A stretch of 64,000 nt of DNA. Source: Spirochaetaceae bacterium. Lineage in GTDB: Bacteria; Spirochaetota; Spirochaetia; DSM-2461. Positions 42,117 to 52,968 of the stretch are shown here, piece after piece (within the stretch, counting starts at the first letter, position 1; every line of letters begins with the position of its first letter). The notes under the pieces are model-generated. The model did no database searches. It was not told the origin of the DNA and worked only from the letters and a program-made list of their open reading frames with translations. Both the position numbers and the translations under genes were made by a program. Location: NCBI GenBank assembly GCA_051531975.1, contig JAOPTT010000001.1, positions 1 through 64,000 on the forward strand, in the 5' to 3' direction.

Positions 42117-44839
42117 GAATCCTTTTGTCCATGTTTAGATTGAAATTACTATAGGGATTTACATGCTGGTAAATGAGAGGTGTTAATGCCCTGTAATCTT
42201 CAATCTGCATTTTATTCTGCCAATCATTTTTGGATAGGACTTCCTGGATCATCAGTGTATTTATATAAACTAAGCAGTTTTGTAATAGATGTAATGAAAG
42301 AACTGACAGTTCCTGATCTTCAAGATTGTTACTCTGAATTTCTCCGGACTTTCCATAAAATATAAAACTATTCGCAGAATTCCAATTTTCAACAACATTT
42401 AATCCTTCATGAATTTCTATCCTTAGTTCTTCTGACATGAGATATTCACAAAGGAATATTGTTTTGACAACTTTCCCTAACTCCTGGAGAGCTTTGTATG
42501 TTGGATGTTGAAGATTGTTTCTGGTAAACCTCTTCATTATTGCTTCTGTTTCAGCAGTGCCTAATCTAAGAGCAGTAGTATATTTAATCATTTGATCGTA
42601 TTGTTCTTTTATAATATTCCAGTCAATTTGTCGTGTAAGAACAGGTGTAATATTTGTAAGATCATTTCTAATAGAATTATTAGGAAGATACAGTTTTTGT
42701 CTGTTTATATTCTTGAATCTTGGCATTAATGAGAAATTCAGGAGATGCGAGAATGCAAAAGCAACTTCACTCTGTCCATGAGTATCTACATAATTTCTAT
42801 CAATATTCAATTTTGTACAGTGCCTCAAAACTCCTTCTATCATAGATGCGACTTCTGAAGATGAGCAGCTTTTTAATTGGGAATATATACATGTTGAGTT
42901 CTTTTCAACATGCCAGTAAATCATCAAAAGTCTCAGAACTATTACTTGCCTTGGCAATCCTTTTAAGTCCAGTATTTGTTCCGAGTCCATATAAAGTAAT
43001 TAACAATCTTCTTTGTATGTTTTCCCGATCAAGAGTTTCTCTTACCGCCGTTGATTTAAAATTATCTGTAAAACTAGTGTAATAATCCGTTTCTTTGAGA
43101 ATATCTAAAAGATTGATCATCGGCCACTTTCTCATTAATTCTGACTTCAATATTGATAAGTTCAATGGCTCATTCTGTGGATCTGACGGAGTAACAGAAA
43201 TCCGACCTCCTTTAAATGTTGTAATTTTAACCTTGGGATTTTTTGGAATATTATTATTTAATCTCTGTAATGCATCATCCATTTCATTTTTAAGTTTTTC
43301 AATAAAAATCATTGCATCATTTGGTTGTTTCAATGCCTCATAATATTCATCTCTTTTTATGTCAAAATCATCTGGTAAATCATCCTCTGGATTTCTATAC
43401 TTATCAGCTCCTGTTATCCAGACTTCTTTGCATCTCAGTTTTGCTCTAAGAGCTTGAAGAACACATATCTCATAATTAAATCGTTCAATTACATCTTTTC
43501 CATGTTCATTTTTCTGAATTATAGCACTTTTCCATTTTGACTTAATAATTCCAGAAATTGGGAAAGTATCATCAATTTGTAGATATCTTGCTGATGAGTC
43601 GATATTTTCTTTCACAATTTTTAATGCTTCAAGGACCGGTTTATGGATATCGTTATTTGATTTGAATTCAATAATATTTAGAAGTTTAGGAAGCATTCTT
43701 CGATAATGTCTTGAATAAGAATTTTTCATTACAGTACGCACTTTCCCTGTGAATGCGCTGTTATTCATTTTTAAATCTTGAATGAGATCTTGCAAGAGCT
43801 TTTTATTAAATGATGGATAAATTACATCTTTAATAATTCCTTCCGGATTTTCTATAGATAATTCAGCTATACCTTTTAAGATATTATATTTACCATGAAC
43901 TTTTTTAATTTCCTTAATTATTTCTCGTTCTACTTTTTTAACAGCCTTAGAATCGATCTTATGTATAATAGATATTAATAAATCAGCCAGGTTATCAGTA
44001 ATCTCCCTACCTCTTTCCCAGAAAAAGATAGCAAGAAGAGAATATCTGATTTCATCAGGATGTCGTTTTATTTCTCCTAATAATTCTGATGAAATTCTTT
44101 GTTTATATTCCTTCAATATTTTTTGCGGAATATCATCAAAAATATTTTCTGGTATTTTAAGATTTCTGATAACTTGAAGTTTTTTAACTTCGTCAAGAAT
44201 ACTTTCTAGGCCAATTCGTCCAGGATCACTTCTCAGTTTATTAAAAGTTATAATATCATCTGTATTATCATAATTTTCATATTGTGCAAATTCATGAATA
44301 AGGTGATCAATTAAATAAAGTGTTTCATCTGCCAATCGTTCTTTTATTGAAAGGAAAAGTCTTCTCTCATATTTTATCGTAGCGGAAGATGAAATTCTAT
44401 CCATTCTATCAGATGTTGGAGGCTCAAGTTTAAGTTCCCTGAGACGCTTTAAAGCTATTGTTGTAACAATTTCCTTTTTGTAGCAATTATTATTTTTATA
44501 AAGCCATTCGATAAGGTTTTCTGTATCTTGTAGAGTCATTTCTTTGAAATCAAAAAATTCTCTGATTTCAGCACGATGTCTTTTTATAGTTCTACTATTC
44601 CAGTCATATTGTTTAAAAATATCTATGGTAATATTGAGTTGTTTTGCAATAAAAAGAATGACCTGATGGGGAATTTCAAGCTGGTTTATTGGAAATCTTG
44701 CTTCTAATTTAAAAAACTTATACAAACAAGCAAAGCCCAATCTATTTGTGTCATTACTTTTTTTATATATGAATTCTAAATCAGATTTAATCAATGTAAA
44801 TAAATCTATCAGTTCATCAGTCTCCCAAACTCTTTTCAT
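42100..44839 (-). pseudogene. tnpA: Tn3-family transposase with internal deletion and frameshift at ~42920
   Basis: N-part MKRVWETDEL...NRLGFA...[11 protein letters not shown]...ETFDDL and C-part MIYWHVEK...[12 protein letters not shown]...GLNVVENWN lie in different frames; the usual intervening segment carrying the first DDE Asp is missing. Confidence 0.9.
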
Positions 44840-44993
44840 TACCGCCTCTTTATATGAATTATTTCCTTTAATAAGGAATAGCACATGATTAATATTTTTC
44901 TTTGGTCAAAGAGGTTCGAACTTCTTCAGCAGAGATATGCGTATAAATCTGTCAGAGCGGTATGTCTTCGTAGGTGATTGTAAATATCCTTTT

Positions 44994-45055
44994 CTATTAA
45001 AGTTAGTTTATACTAATTCCGTGGCCCCTGGTGACAGCTTCGCTTCCACTACCCC
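44994..45055 (-). repeat. Right terminal inverted repeat of the Tn3-family element
   Basis: ...CCGTGGCCCCTGGTGACAGCTTCGCTTCCACTACCCC. Confidence 0.93.
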
Positions 45056-45230
45056 TATTAACAATTATAGGAATAAAAAAAATTATTACATATATTTACA
45101 CATTATTTATTAAAAAATAAATAAACTTTGGGAAAAATTTAAATACATAAAAAATGGTCTAGTTCTAACTTCTTATTGTAGGTATTCTGTCTAGTGCTTA
45201 ACGTTTGTGTAGGTAAAAATGATATTTATT

Positions 45231-46571
45231 TTATGAATACTTTTTATTTTCAATCACTTCTAGAAAATCATTAATTGTTTCAAACCTATTTATATTCTGT
45301 ACTAGAATGGTATAAAAAACCCATACAACATGTAAAAACTCATCTAAAACCTCCATTTGGTCAATTGGTTGCTTTCCATGGTGTACATATCTTGAACGTA
45401 ATCCATATATCTTTTTTATAAGTTTAACAATTTTTACTCTTTCATCAGCTGTATTACCAACAATAAATGCTATTCGTTCAGATATATTTTGAGTTAATGG
45501 TTCTGTTTCATTTTTTATAATTAGACTTTCAAGACTAACAAGAACATATAGTAATTTATCATATATTTCTTTTTGTATTGTGTGTTTAGAGTAAATCTGT
45601 AGTGAATCGTATAACTTAGATTGATAATTATTTTTGTTTTCTATTCTTATTAAATCACTAAAGGATGATAAAGATGAATTTGTAAGATAATGTATAGTTT
45701 CATTTGCAATTGGGTCAACATTTACATTATTAACAATAGAAGTTTTATTGGAAACTAATTCTTGTGTATTTTTATCAATAATCAAAGTATGATTTACTTC
45801 TGATAATTTCCAAGAATTCAAATCTATATATGACTTTACAGTAATTTTTAAATTACTCATTGAAAATATTCTTAGAACCATAAATGCATCATTAATTTTA
45901 TCATATGCCATTTCCATAGCCTTATTTTTTTCTGCTTTGACTGAATATGCTGCAGCAATATAACCTTGATGATCTTTTTTAAATTTTTCAATATGATTTA
46001 AAATATTTTCATCTGATTTATCACTTTCTGAAAACCATTTGTCGATAATTGTTGGTGACATATTATATATTTGAATATTCCCTAATTTAAAGTTCGATTC
46101 AGTAAACATATTATGAATAGGTACAATAATCGTATACTCTTTTATTTCTTTTTCAAATAAATTATTCAGATATTCTAAATATGTTTCATTTGAGTTTGTT
46201 CTAATAGATATTTCTATCCAATCTTTATATATTTCAGTTAAATATTTAATGCTTAACAATTTATATTCAATCTCATTATTTAATTTTAATAAAATATTAA
46301 TTAAATCATTAAATGAATCTCTTAGTAATTGATATTTACAATTATCAAAAATAAAATAAAATCCAATTTCATTACCTAAATAATCTGAATATGAGATTTT
46401 TAATGATTGAATATCTTTAGCTGTTATTACCCCAGATACATAACAATCATTAGTTTTGGGTTTGGGTTTGGGTTTGGGATTGTTATCAATTGGTTCCATT
46501 TTAATTACTTCTATTTTTTGAGATATGTGTATTAATTTAGTATTATAATTATCAAGTGCTTTTGGGTGCAT
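45231..46571 (-). CDS. HEPN (ApeA-like) domain protein, putative RNase
   Basis: C-terminal LVSLESL...ISERIAF...IYGLRSRYVHHG contains the HEPN RxxxxH motif. Confidence 0.75.
   Translation of the reverse strand: MHPKALDNYNTKLIHISQKIEVIKMEPIDNNPKPKPKPKTNDCYVSGVITAKDIQSLKISYSDYLGNEIGFYFIFDNCKYQLLRDSFNDLINILLKLNNEIEYKLLSIKYLTEIYKDWIEISIRTNSNETYLEYLNNLFEKEIKEYTIIVPIHNMFTESNFKLGNIQIYNMSPTIIDKWFSESDKSDENILNHIEKFKKDHQGYIAAAYSVKAEKNKAMEMAYDKINDAFMVLRIFSMSNLKITVKSYIDLNSWKLSEVNHTLIIDKNTQELVSNKTSIVNNVNVDPIANETIHYLTNSSLSSFSDLIRIENKNNYQSKLYDSLQIYSKHTIQKEIYDKLLYVLVSLESLIIKNETEPLTQNISERIAFIVGNTADERVKIVKLIKKIYGLRSRYVHHGKQPIDQMEVLDEFLHVVWVFYTILVQNINRFETINDFLEVIENKKYS
46455..46478 (+). repeat. (TTTGGG)4 hexamer repeat encoding PKPKPKPK
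   Basis: Four exact copies, in frame in the HEPN gene. Confidence 0.9.
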
Positions 46572-46658
46572 GGTTTCTCCAATATATGTTTATTTAAATT
46601 GCTACGAGAAGGAATTTAAATTATTTGTTTTTATATAATCTAAAAAACCTTTAAACAA

Positions 46659-48341
46659 CTATGTTTTAGTATATTCATGGTATAACTTTTTTTGAATTTC
46701 TTTATCTCCATAAAAAAATCTTTCTGCTGCTAGTTCATGTTTTTTCTCTTCAGAATAATTTAAAATATTTTGCTCTAATAATTTTCTAGCACTCCATGAT
46801 CCTAAATTCGCGATAGTGTTAATTTCATTATTAAATTTCTTTAAAGCATACTCTTCCCATTCTGGAAATTTTTTAATAATAACTAATGCATAATGACCTA
46901 AATAATCATGACTAACACTACAGTGTTCTGTAGGAAACATTTCACCAAGATTTAGCTCTTTTCTCAAGGAATTATAGTTTTTTAGTTCTGTAAGAATCTT
47001 TAGTTCAAATGACCATAATGATTTTAATTTTTCAATTGCTAAATGTACTTTAAAAGATTTATCATCTTGATAGTTACGTGTAAACTTTGTTACTGCTTCT
47101 AAAGTTAATAGGTCAATTTTTCTTAGAATATTTCTATTAGAAGAAGATAATATTTGTTCCCATGAAAACTCATCATACATGTATCTAGTTGATAAATGTT
47201 CAATTTTCCCTAAATTTAGTTTTTGTGAATTAGCAATACATAAGACTTTATTTATTCTTCTATATGTATCAGAAGCTAAAAGGATAACTTTCTTATTAGG
47301 ATCATTATCAGAAAAATTTAATGTTAATTCAATTAAATACTTAATAAATACTTTTAGATCATTTTTGTCTGTCTTTGGTAAATATTGGAATTTAATATTA
47401 TTTTGATCTGCTTTCATATAATATAATAGTGAATGACAAATATAATTAGCATTATAATCTCTTTCTAATCTTGGAAACATTTTATATGGTATGAAAAATA
47501 ATTCTTTATTTATTGATAGTTCAATTAATCTATTATTCATGCTATCTAGAGAAGGGTTTGTTGGAGTTATGAAATATAGAATATCTATAATATCATCAAG
47601 AGTTTCATTGCTTTTATCATTCCAATTATCTTGTTTTATTAAACCTTTTTGTTGGAAATTTTTTAATACAAGTGACCTTTTTGATAATAATTTATCTTTA
47701 ATCAAATCAGAAAATTCATTAACTCTTTGCTGGTTGAATTCCTTATCAAATGCTTTATCAAGAACTTTCAAAACTCTTCTTTTGTAGTAAAACCATGATT
47801 GTAATGGAGATAATAAGATTTGTAACATTTCAAATGATTCTAATAGATCAGAGATTTGTATATGTAGAACAGGTTCAGTAAGGCTTTCTTCCCTATCAAA
47901 GATTTCTAGTTTTTGACCATCGCAAAGCACAATTAAAACAGAATTAATATTAGGGTGTACAGAATATTCTACTGCTTGACTAAGATCTGCATACCTAAAG
48001 TTTTTAGGTTTAATTGGTTTTTTAGCCTCAATCAACCAAAAATTTTCCTCCCATAAGAGTATTGAATAATCAATATACTTGTTCTTTTTTCCTAAAAACT
48101 GGATATTCTTTTCTCTTTTTACTGATGAGTATGTACCATGTTTATACCCTAAATGTTTTATTATTGGATCAATTATTTCTGCTCTTACATCAGCTTCTGA
48201 AAACCCTTCGACATTAATAGTTTGAATAAATTTAATTTCTTCTATTTGTGATTCACTCAATGGCTCAGGTTTTTTATATGTAAGACTAAATTGTATTAAT
48301 TCCTTTAAGGTTCTTATCTCTTTCATTTCATAATTTTCCAT
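46659..48341 (-). CDS. Protein with an HsdR-N-like PD-(D/E)xK nuclease domain and a long uncharacterised C-terminus
   Basis: SEADVRAEIIDPIIKHLGY...IDY...WLIEAKK...QAVEYS...VLCDG. Confidence 0.72.
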   Translation of the reverse strand: MENYEMKEIRTLKELIQFSLTYKKPEPLSESQIEEIKFIQTINVEGFSEADVRAEIIDPIIKHLGYKHGTYSSVKREKNIQFLGKKNKYIDYSILLWEENFWLIEAKKPIKPKNFRYADLSQAVEYSVHPNINSVLIVLCDGQKLEIFDREESLTEPVLHIQISDLLESFEMLQILLSPLQSWFYYKRRVLKVLDKAFDKEFNQQRVNEFSDLIKDKLLSKRSLVLKNFQQKGLIKQDNWNDKSNETLDDIIDILYFITPTNPSLDSMNNRLIELSINKELFFIPYKMFPRLERDYNANYICHSLLYYMKADQNNIKFQYLPKTDKNDLKVFIKYLIELTLNFSDNDPNKKVILLASDTYRRINKVLCIANSQKLNLGKIEHLSTRYMYDEFSWEQILSSSNRNILRKIDLLTLEAVTKFTRNYQDDKSFKVHLAIEKLKSLWSFELKILTELKNYNSLRKELNLGEMFPTEHCSVSHDYLGHYALVIIKKFPEWEEYALKKFNNEINTIANLGSWSARKLLEQNILNYSEEKKHELAAERFFYGDKEIQKKLYHEYTKT

Positions 48342-48353
48342 CCCAATGTTTAG

Positions 48354-50135
48354 TTATATTTTAATTTTTTTATGTTTTATATTAAAATATTGGAGTATTT
48401 CATCTCCAAACTGATTATATTCATCTTTGTTCATATAAGAAGGATAGTTATAATTTTCATCTATAAAATCGACAAATTTAATTGTGCTATCATTTATAAT
48501 AGAATCGCAATATTTTTGTAAACAATCACTTAGACTTATATTACCTGTATAAATCTTGGAAAAGTCACTTATATTACATATTATTGGAGCATGATATTTT
48601 ATATCTTTAACAGATATTTCATTAACATATTCTTTATTATATTTATGTATTAACAAATTTAAAAAATTAATAGAAAGAGATGATTCTTGGGTTATCACTA
48701 AATTGTATATATTTTTAATTCCACTTAAAGTACTTGAATGATCTTCCCATAAGTCTTCTGAGATACCTTTAGAGATTTTTCCATTTAGATGTAATAATTG
48801 TAATGTTCCTTTTCTTTCATTTGGAGGTAATTTGTAATAGTCTTCTTCTCCAGGATAATATAATCCATATTTAGACAAAATTTTCATTAAAATTTCTTCA
48901 TTAAAATAAGATGATAATAATCTTATTGGTAAATACCCTGCCTTTATTTCAATAAAAATAAGGCTATCATCTATTTTTATAATTAAATCAGTTATTTCTT
49001 GGCCATCAGTATATTTATTATTTAACAAATTTAGTTTCAATTTATTCTTGAAAAAATCTTCTACTGATTTCTCGAAGCAATGCCCTAAAGCATTTGATCT
49101 TAGGTCTACATTTCTTTTTTGTTCTTTTAATTCTTTATTATTTAGAAATTTATCCTCTAAATCTAGAAAAGTATTTCTAAAACATCGTTCAATAAGAATT
49201 CCTACATCTAAAATTCTATATTTGTCTTTTGATAATTTTTCTATAGGATGACACCATACAGAATAGTTATTATTTAATTGTAATTTATCTATATTTGAGA
49301 CAGTTAAATTTAAATCAAACGATTCAAAAAATGTCCTTAAATGAGTAATAAGTGTAGTACTATCATCTTTGAATTCATTAAAATCAGAGTTTAAATCGAT
49401 AATATTACTATAATCATTGGCTTTATATCTAATAATTAAACATAAATTTAAGATATAACAAGTTTTTATTTTATCTAGAATATGTATTCCAGTTTCTGAA
49501 AATAAGAGCTCATTTGCTTGCTTTCCTTCTGCTGTTTCCAAAATATCAACCATCAAATAATAATTTCTTTTAATTTCTGACAAAATTATTTTTGACTTTT
49601 CTAAATGAAAATTCGATCTAAAAAGATCCGTGAGAAGTTTTAATATATTTTCAATTGATAAATCACCATTATATTCACCATCTGTTGAAACATCCTCAAA
49701 ACAATTAATCTTAGATAACTCCTTATGTAATTGACTTATATCTATAAGTTTTTTATCAGTTTTAGATTCTACAAAACTGTTTTTCAGAATAAATAATAAG
49801 TTTTGTCTAGTTACTATAGTTGCTAATCCGTATTCTCTTTTATATTTAGAATATAGAGAACCAAATGATTTACGGCTAGTTTCATCTAGTAAATTATAAT
49901 AAAGTTGAGGATCACTTAACTGAGAGTAATAATTTAATTTAGCTAAGTATTCAATGATTGTATCACGTAATAAAGAGGGATTATAATTCTCTACAATTTC
50001 TAATAATGGTTGTTCGATATTGGATGGTGGTGATATTCCTTCATATAAATCTGTATATGCTAGCCTAGTTATTAACATTGTACTCATACAGTATCTCCTT
50101 TTAAAGATGTAACTATTAAATATAAACCTTAGCAT
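48354..50135 (-). CDS. Hypothetical protein with a C-terminal PD-(D/E)xK (NERD-like) domain; start may be the internal MSTML after a GGAG RBS
   Basis: GHCFEKSV...EITDLII...LIFIEIKAG nuclease-like motif. Confidence 0.6.
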   Translation of the reverse strand: MLRFIFNSYIFKRRYCMSTMLITRLAYTDLYEGISPPSNIEQPLLEIVENYNPSLLRDTIIEYLAKLNYYSQLSDPQLYYNLLDETSRKSFGSLYSKYKREYGLATIVTRQNLLFILKNSFVESKTDKKLIDISQLHKELSKINCFEDVSTDGEYNGDLSIENILKLLTDLFRSNFHLEKSKIILSEIKRNYYLMVDILETAEGKQANELLFSETGIHILDKIKTCYILNLCLIIRYKANDYSNIIDLNSDFNEFKDDSTTLITHLRTFFESFDLNLTVSNIDKLQLNNNYSVWCHPIEKLSKDKYRILDVGILIERCFRNTFLDLEDKFLNNKELKEQKRNVDLRSNALGHCFEKSVEDFFKNKLKLNLLNNKYTDGQEITDLIIKIDDSLIFIEIKAGYLPIRLLSSYFNEEILMKILSKYGLYYPGEEDYYKLPPNERKGTLQLLHLNGKISKGISEDLWEDHSSTLSGIKNIYNLVITQESSLSINFLNLLIHKYNKEYVNEISVKDIKYHAPIICNISDFSKIYTGNISLSDCLQKYCDSIINDSTIKFVDFIDENYNYPSYMNKDEYNQFGDEILQYFNIKHKKIKI

Positions 50136-50184
50136 ATAAATAATATTTAATTTGTATAGATTAGACTTCTATTTCGTTTTGCTA

Positions 50185-52674
50185 CTAGTAAATCTTTTTA
50201 GTTACTAATTGTAAATTAAATTCTTTTTTCTTTTTAGTTTGATATAATTCAATCGGAGGTAAAAATACAGACCTAGTTTTATTTTTACTTTGAATTATTG
50301 GAAGTAATATTTTGATGTATTCATCTGGAAACTTGTAACCAAGCGTAATTTTTGTAATATAAGCCCCAATTAATTTATTTTTTTCATTTGGTTTCAGTGG
50401 ATAATTATAATTGATTTTAGGATTACTAGGCTTGTATGCAAAGAGCCTATATTCATTTTCATATTTCCATGAATTATGTTTAACAAAAATTCCAGCATCA
50501 AATAGACCATATTCTTCAATTATTTTATTCTTATCAATATGGGGTGACACATATTTTACATTATTCCAACCAATATTATTTGGTAAAGATGTAATTTTAT
50601 ATGATATGCAAATACCATTGTGACTGTCTCCATAATGAGACCACATAAGAGTATTATTTTGTTCTGTTGTTAATGCGACAATACGAATATCTTTAGATTT
50701 TAATTTCCATAAATCATAATCTCCTTCATCAACCATTGTAGGTAAAGGTATATCCATTGGATCATTTAATTGATTTATTTCAGAAAAATATAGAAAATCA
50801 TTAGATATTGAATCAAGGATATTATTGTCAAACGCTTTAAATTTATGTAGTTCCCTATTTAATGTTGTAAAGCCAGATCCAATTCTATAAAAATCTTTAT
50901 ATTGAGTTTTTGTTATTGATTCAGATAGTTCTTCATATGATTGACTAATAGAATTTTCTAATGCCTCTAGTTCAACTTTTTCAATACCACGAGCTTTTAG
51001 TTTTTCTTTTTCAATATTTAATTTATTTTGTTCTCTAGTTAATCGACCTGTATCTAAAAATCCAAGCTTTAAGCTTTTTTCAATATATTCTTCTTCTAAT
51101 TTGTGGTTTTCTAAAATTCCATAACACACTCCTATATTATTTAAAGTTATAGGATTATTTGAATCATTTACTAATAATTTATCATATGTTTTAACAGCCT
51201 CTTCATACATATCTAGATCCATGAATGAACTTGCTAATCTATTCAAAAAATTAGTATCTTCTATATTATGATTTTTTGATATTTCAATAACCTTCTTATT
51301 TAATTCTGTACTTAATTTGTTTTCAATTTTATTTAATCTTTTATGTATTTCATCGTAACATTCTGACCTATAATCATTACCATCTAATAATTCTTTTGCT
51401 AATTTCTTAGCTTTAGATGTAGTGCTAAAGTTAATAGCCTCTTCAGAATATATGTTGTTGATAAAGTCTTTGGATATAACTATATCCTCAAGGTTTATTT
51501 CATTTATTTTTTTAATCTTTGAATTTATTTTATAAATAGATGCTTCAAGGTTTGCATTTAAATAAAAATATAAGCTATCTTTTATAATAGTATGATTTTT
51601 TTGAATATCTTCTTCTTTAGCAATATAGTAAGCAAAGCGACTATTCTTAATTGCATTATGATAATCATTCTGTTTCATATTTATTTTAGATTTAATAATA
51701 TATGCATATATAACTGAAATATTATCATATACATAGAAGCCAATATTTGTACTTTCTAGGATTTCATTTACAATATCAAGTGCTTTTATATTTTGATTAA
51801 GATTTTCAAGACAATCTGCAATTTGGTATCTATATTGACTAATTATTTTCTTTTGATGAATTCCTGTTTCTATACAGTTTTTTGCTAATTCATAATTATT
51901 ATTTCTATAATAATATTCATATTGATCACTATGAGAGAGGGTCTTTAAATATATATGAGCTTTTTCAATGTTGTTAATTTTTTCATAATATTTTAAATAT
52001 AACCTATTATAATTATAGCTAACATTTTTAGTTTCAATATGTTCTATATCTAGTATTATTTTCTTAGATATATCTAGGTTTTCTAAATAAATAGATATTT
52101 CAAGCAACTGCAATTTATGTCTTACTGTTGCAACATTGTCATTTATTAATTTTTGGTATTCTAGAGATAAAAATTCTAAATCAGCATTAGAATAATGTCT
52201 ATCTTCGATTTTATACAAAAATGGATTATCCATAAGATATTTAATTTTTCTTTCTAATAAATTATTATCTAAGTTTATAGCATCATTAATATACGTAAGA
52301 CCTTGAATTATATTACTTTCGATTTTGATTGTATAAACCCCTAAATAGAAGAGAGTAACTGAAGTTTTAGGGTTTAATTCTAATGAAGTGATTAAAAATT
52401 CTTTAATATCATTATGTGTATAATATGAATTTATACTATTTTGCAGCTGTTCACATGTTAGGGCTAATTGATAATAAACTAAAGATTCATTATTGCTATT
52501 CTCAAGTAAATTATTCAGAGATTCTAGTTTTTTTGATGATTGACCTGTAACATCAAATAAGAAATACCAAATATATTCTTTGTCTTTTAATATTAGGTTT
52601 TTATCATTTAGATTGAGTTTTACTTTATCATAATTCTTATCACGAAAATATTTATAAATATCTTTTTTTGCCAA
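50185..52674 (-). CDS. TPR-repeat protein fused to C-terminal DUF2971
   Basis: TPR-like helices (LNNIGVCYG); LYFS...NDPMD, LMWSHYGDSHNGICISY, K...WKYENEYR, ITLG. Confidence 0.8.
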   Translation of the reverse strand: MAKKDIYKYFRDKNYDKVKLNLNDKNLILKDKEYIWYFLFDVTGQSSKKLESLNNLLENSNNESLVYYQLALTCEQLQNSINSYYTHNDIKEFLITSLELNPKTSVTLFYLGVYTIKIESNIIQGLTYINDAINLDNNLLERKIKYLMDNPFLYKIEDRHYSNADLEFLSLEYQKLINDNVATVRHKLQLLEISIYLENLDISKKIILDIEHIETKNVSYNYNRLYLKYYEKINNIEKAHIYLKTLSHSDQYEYYYRNNNYELAKNCIETGIHQKKIISQYRYQIADCLENLNQNIKALDIVNEILESTNIGFYVYDNISVIYAYIIKSKINMKQNDYHNAIKNSRFAYYIAKEEDIQKNHTIIKDSLYFYLNANLEASIYKINSKIKKINEINLEDIVISKDFINNIYSEEAINFSTTSKAKKLAKELLDGNDYRSECYDEIHKRLNKIENKLSTELNKKVIEISKNHNIEDTNFLNRLASSFMDLDMYEEAVKTYDKLLVNDSNNPITLNNIGVCYGILENHKLEEEYIEKSLKLGFLDTGRLTREQNKLNIEKEKLKARGIEKVELEALENSISQSYEELSESITKTQYKDFYRIGSGFTTLNRELHKFKAFDNNILDSISNDFLYFSEINQLNDPMDIPLPTMVDEGDYDLWKLKSKDIRIVALTTEQNNTLMWSHYGDSHNGICISYKITSLPNNIGWNNVKYVSPHIDKNKIIEEYGLFDAGIFVKHNSWKYENEYRLFAYKPSNPKINYNYPLKPNEKNKLIGAYITKITLGYKFPDEYIKILLPIIQSKNKTRSVFLPPIELYQTKKKKEFNLQLVTKKIY

Positions 52675-52777
52675 AATAAGCTCCTAATGATATAATATTA
52701 GTAGATAATGTTTAATTAATAAATATTATGTTTAAAATACCTATAAAGCATTAAATAATCCTTAAATCCTAAGTTCA

Positions 52778-52881
52778 ATAGAGTTATATAGAATTACGAA
52801 TTTTCCATATAACTCTATAAAGTACCCAAACCATAATCTAATTAAAAATTCTATGTTATCCAAAAACATTATAACTCTATA
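52778..52881. repeat. ATAACTCTAT motif cluster: a perfect 12-bp inverted pair (52778-52789 / 52807-52818) plus a direct copy at 52871
   Basis: ATAGAGTTATAT-N17-ATATAACTCTAT, then TTATAACTCTATA. Confidence 0.6.
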
Positions 52882-52968
52882 CAAACCAGTCTCGCCCATA
52901 ACCCCCAATCTGTATACATAACTAAAGTTATATTTTTGGCTATAAACACCCTCTTTTTACGAGTATTA

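Larger units (their letters stand above)
42055..45055 (-). mobile_element. IS-like Tn3-family element (transposase only), 3001 bp, internally deleted
   Basis: Terminal IRs GGGGTAGTGGAAGCGAAGCTGTCACCAGGGGCCACGG (37 bp perfect, 58/62 extended) enclosing a split Tn3 TnpA; flanks TATAT and TATTA are not an exact TSD. Confidence 0.92.

Noticed and set aside
42905..42990. Programmed frameshift joining the two tnpA ORFs
   Set aside because: A conserved catalytic segment is missing, so frameshifting could not restore an active enzyme
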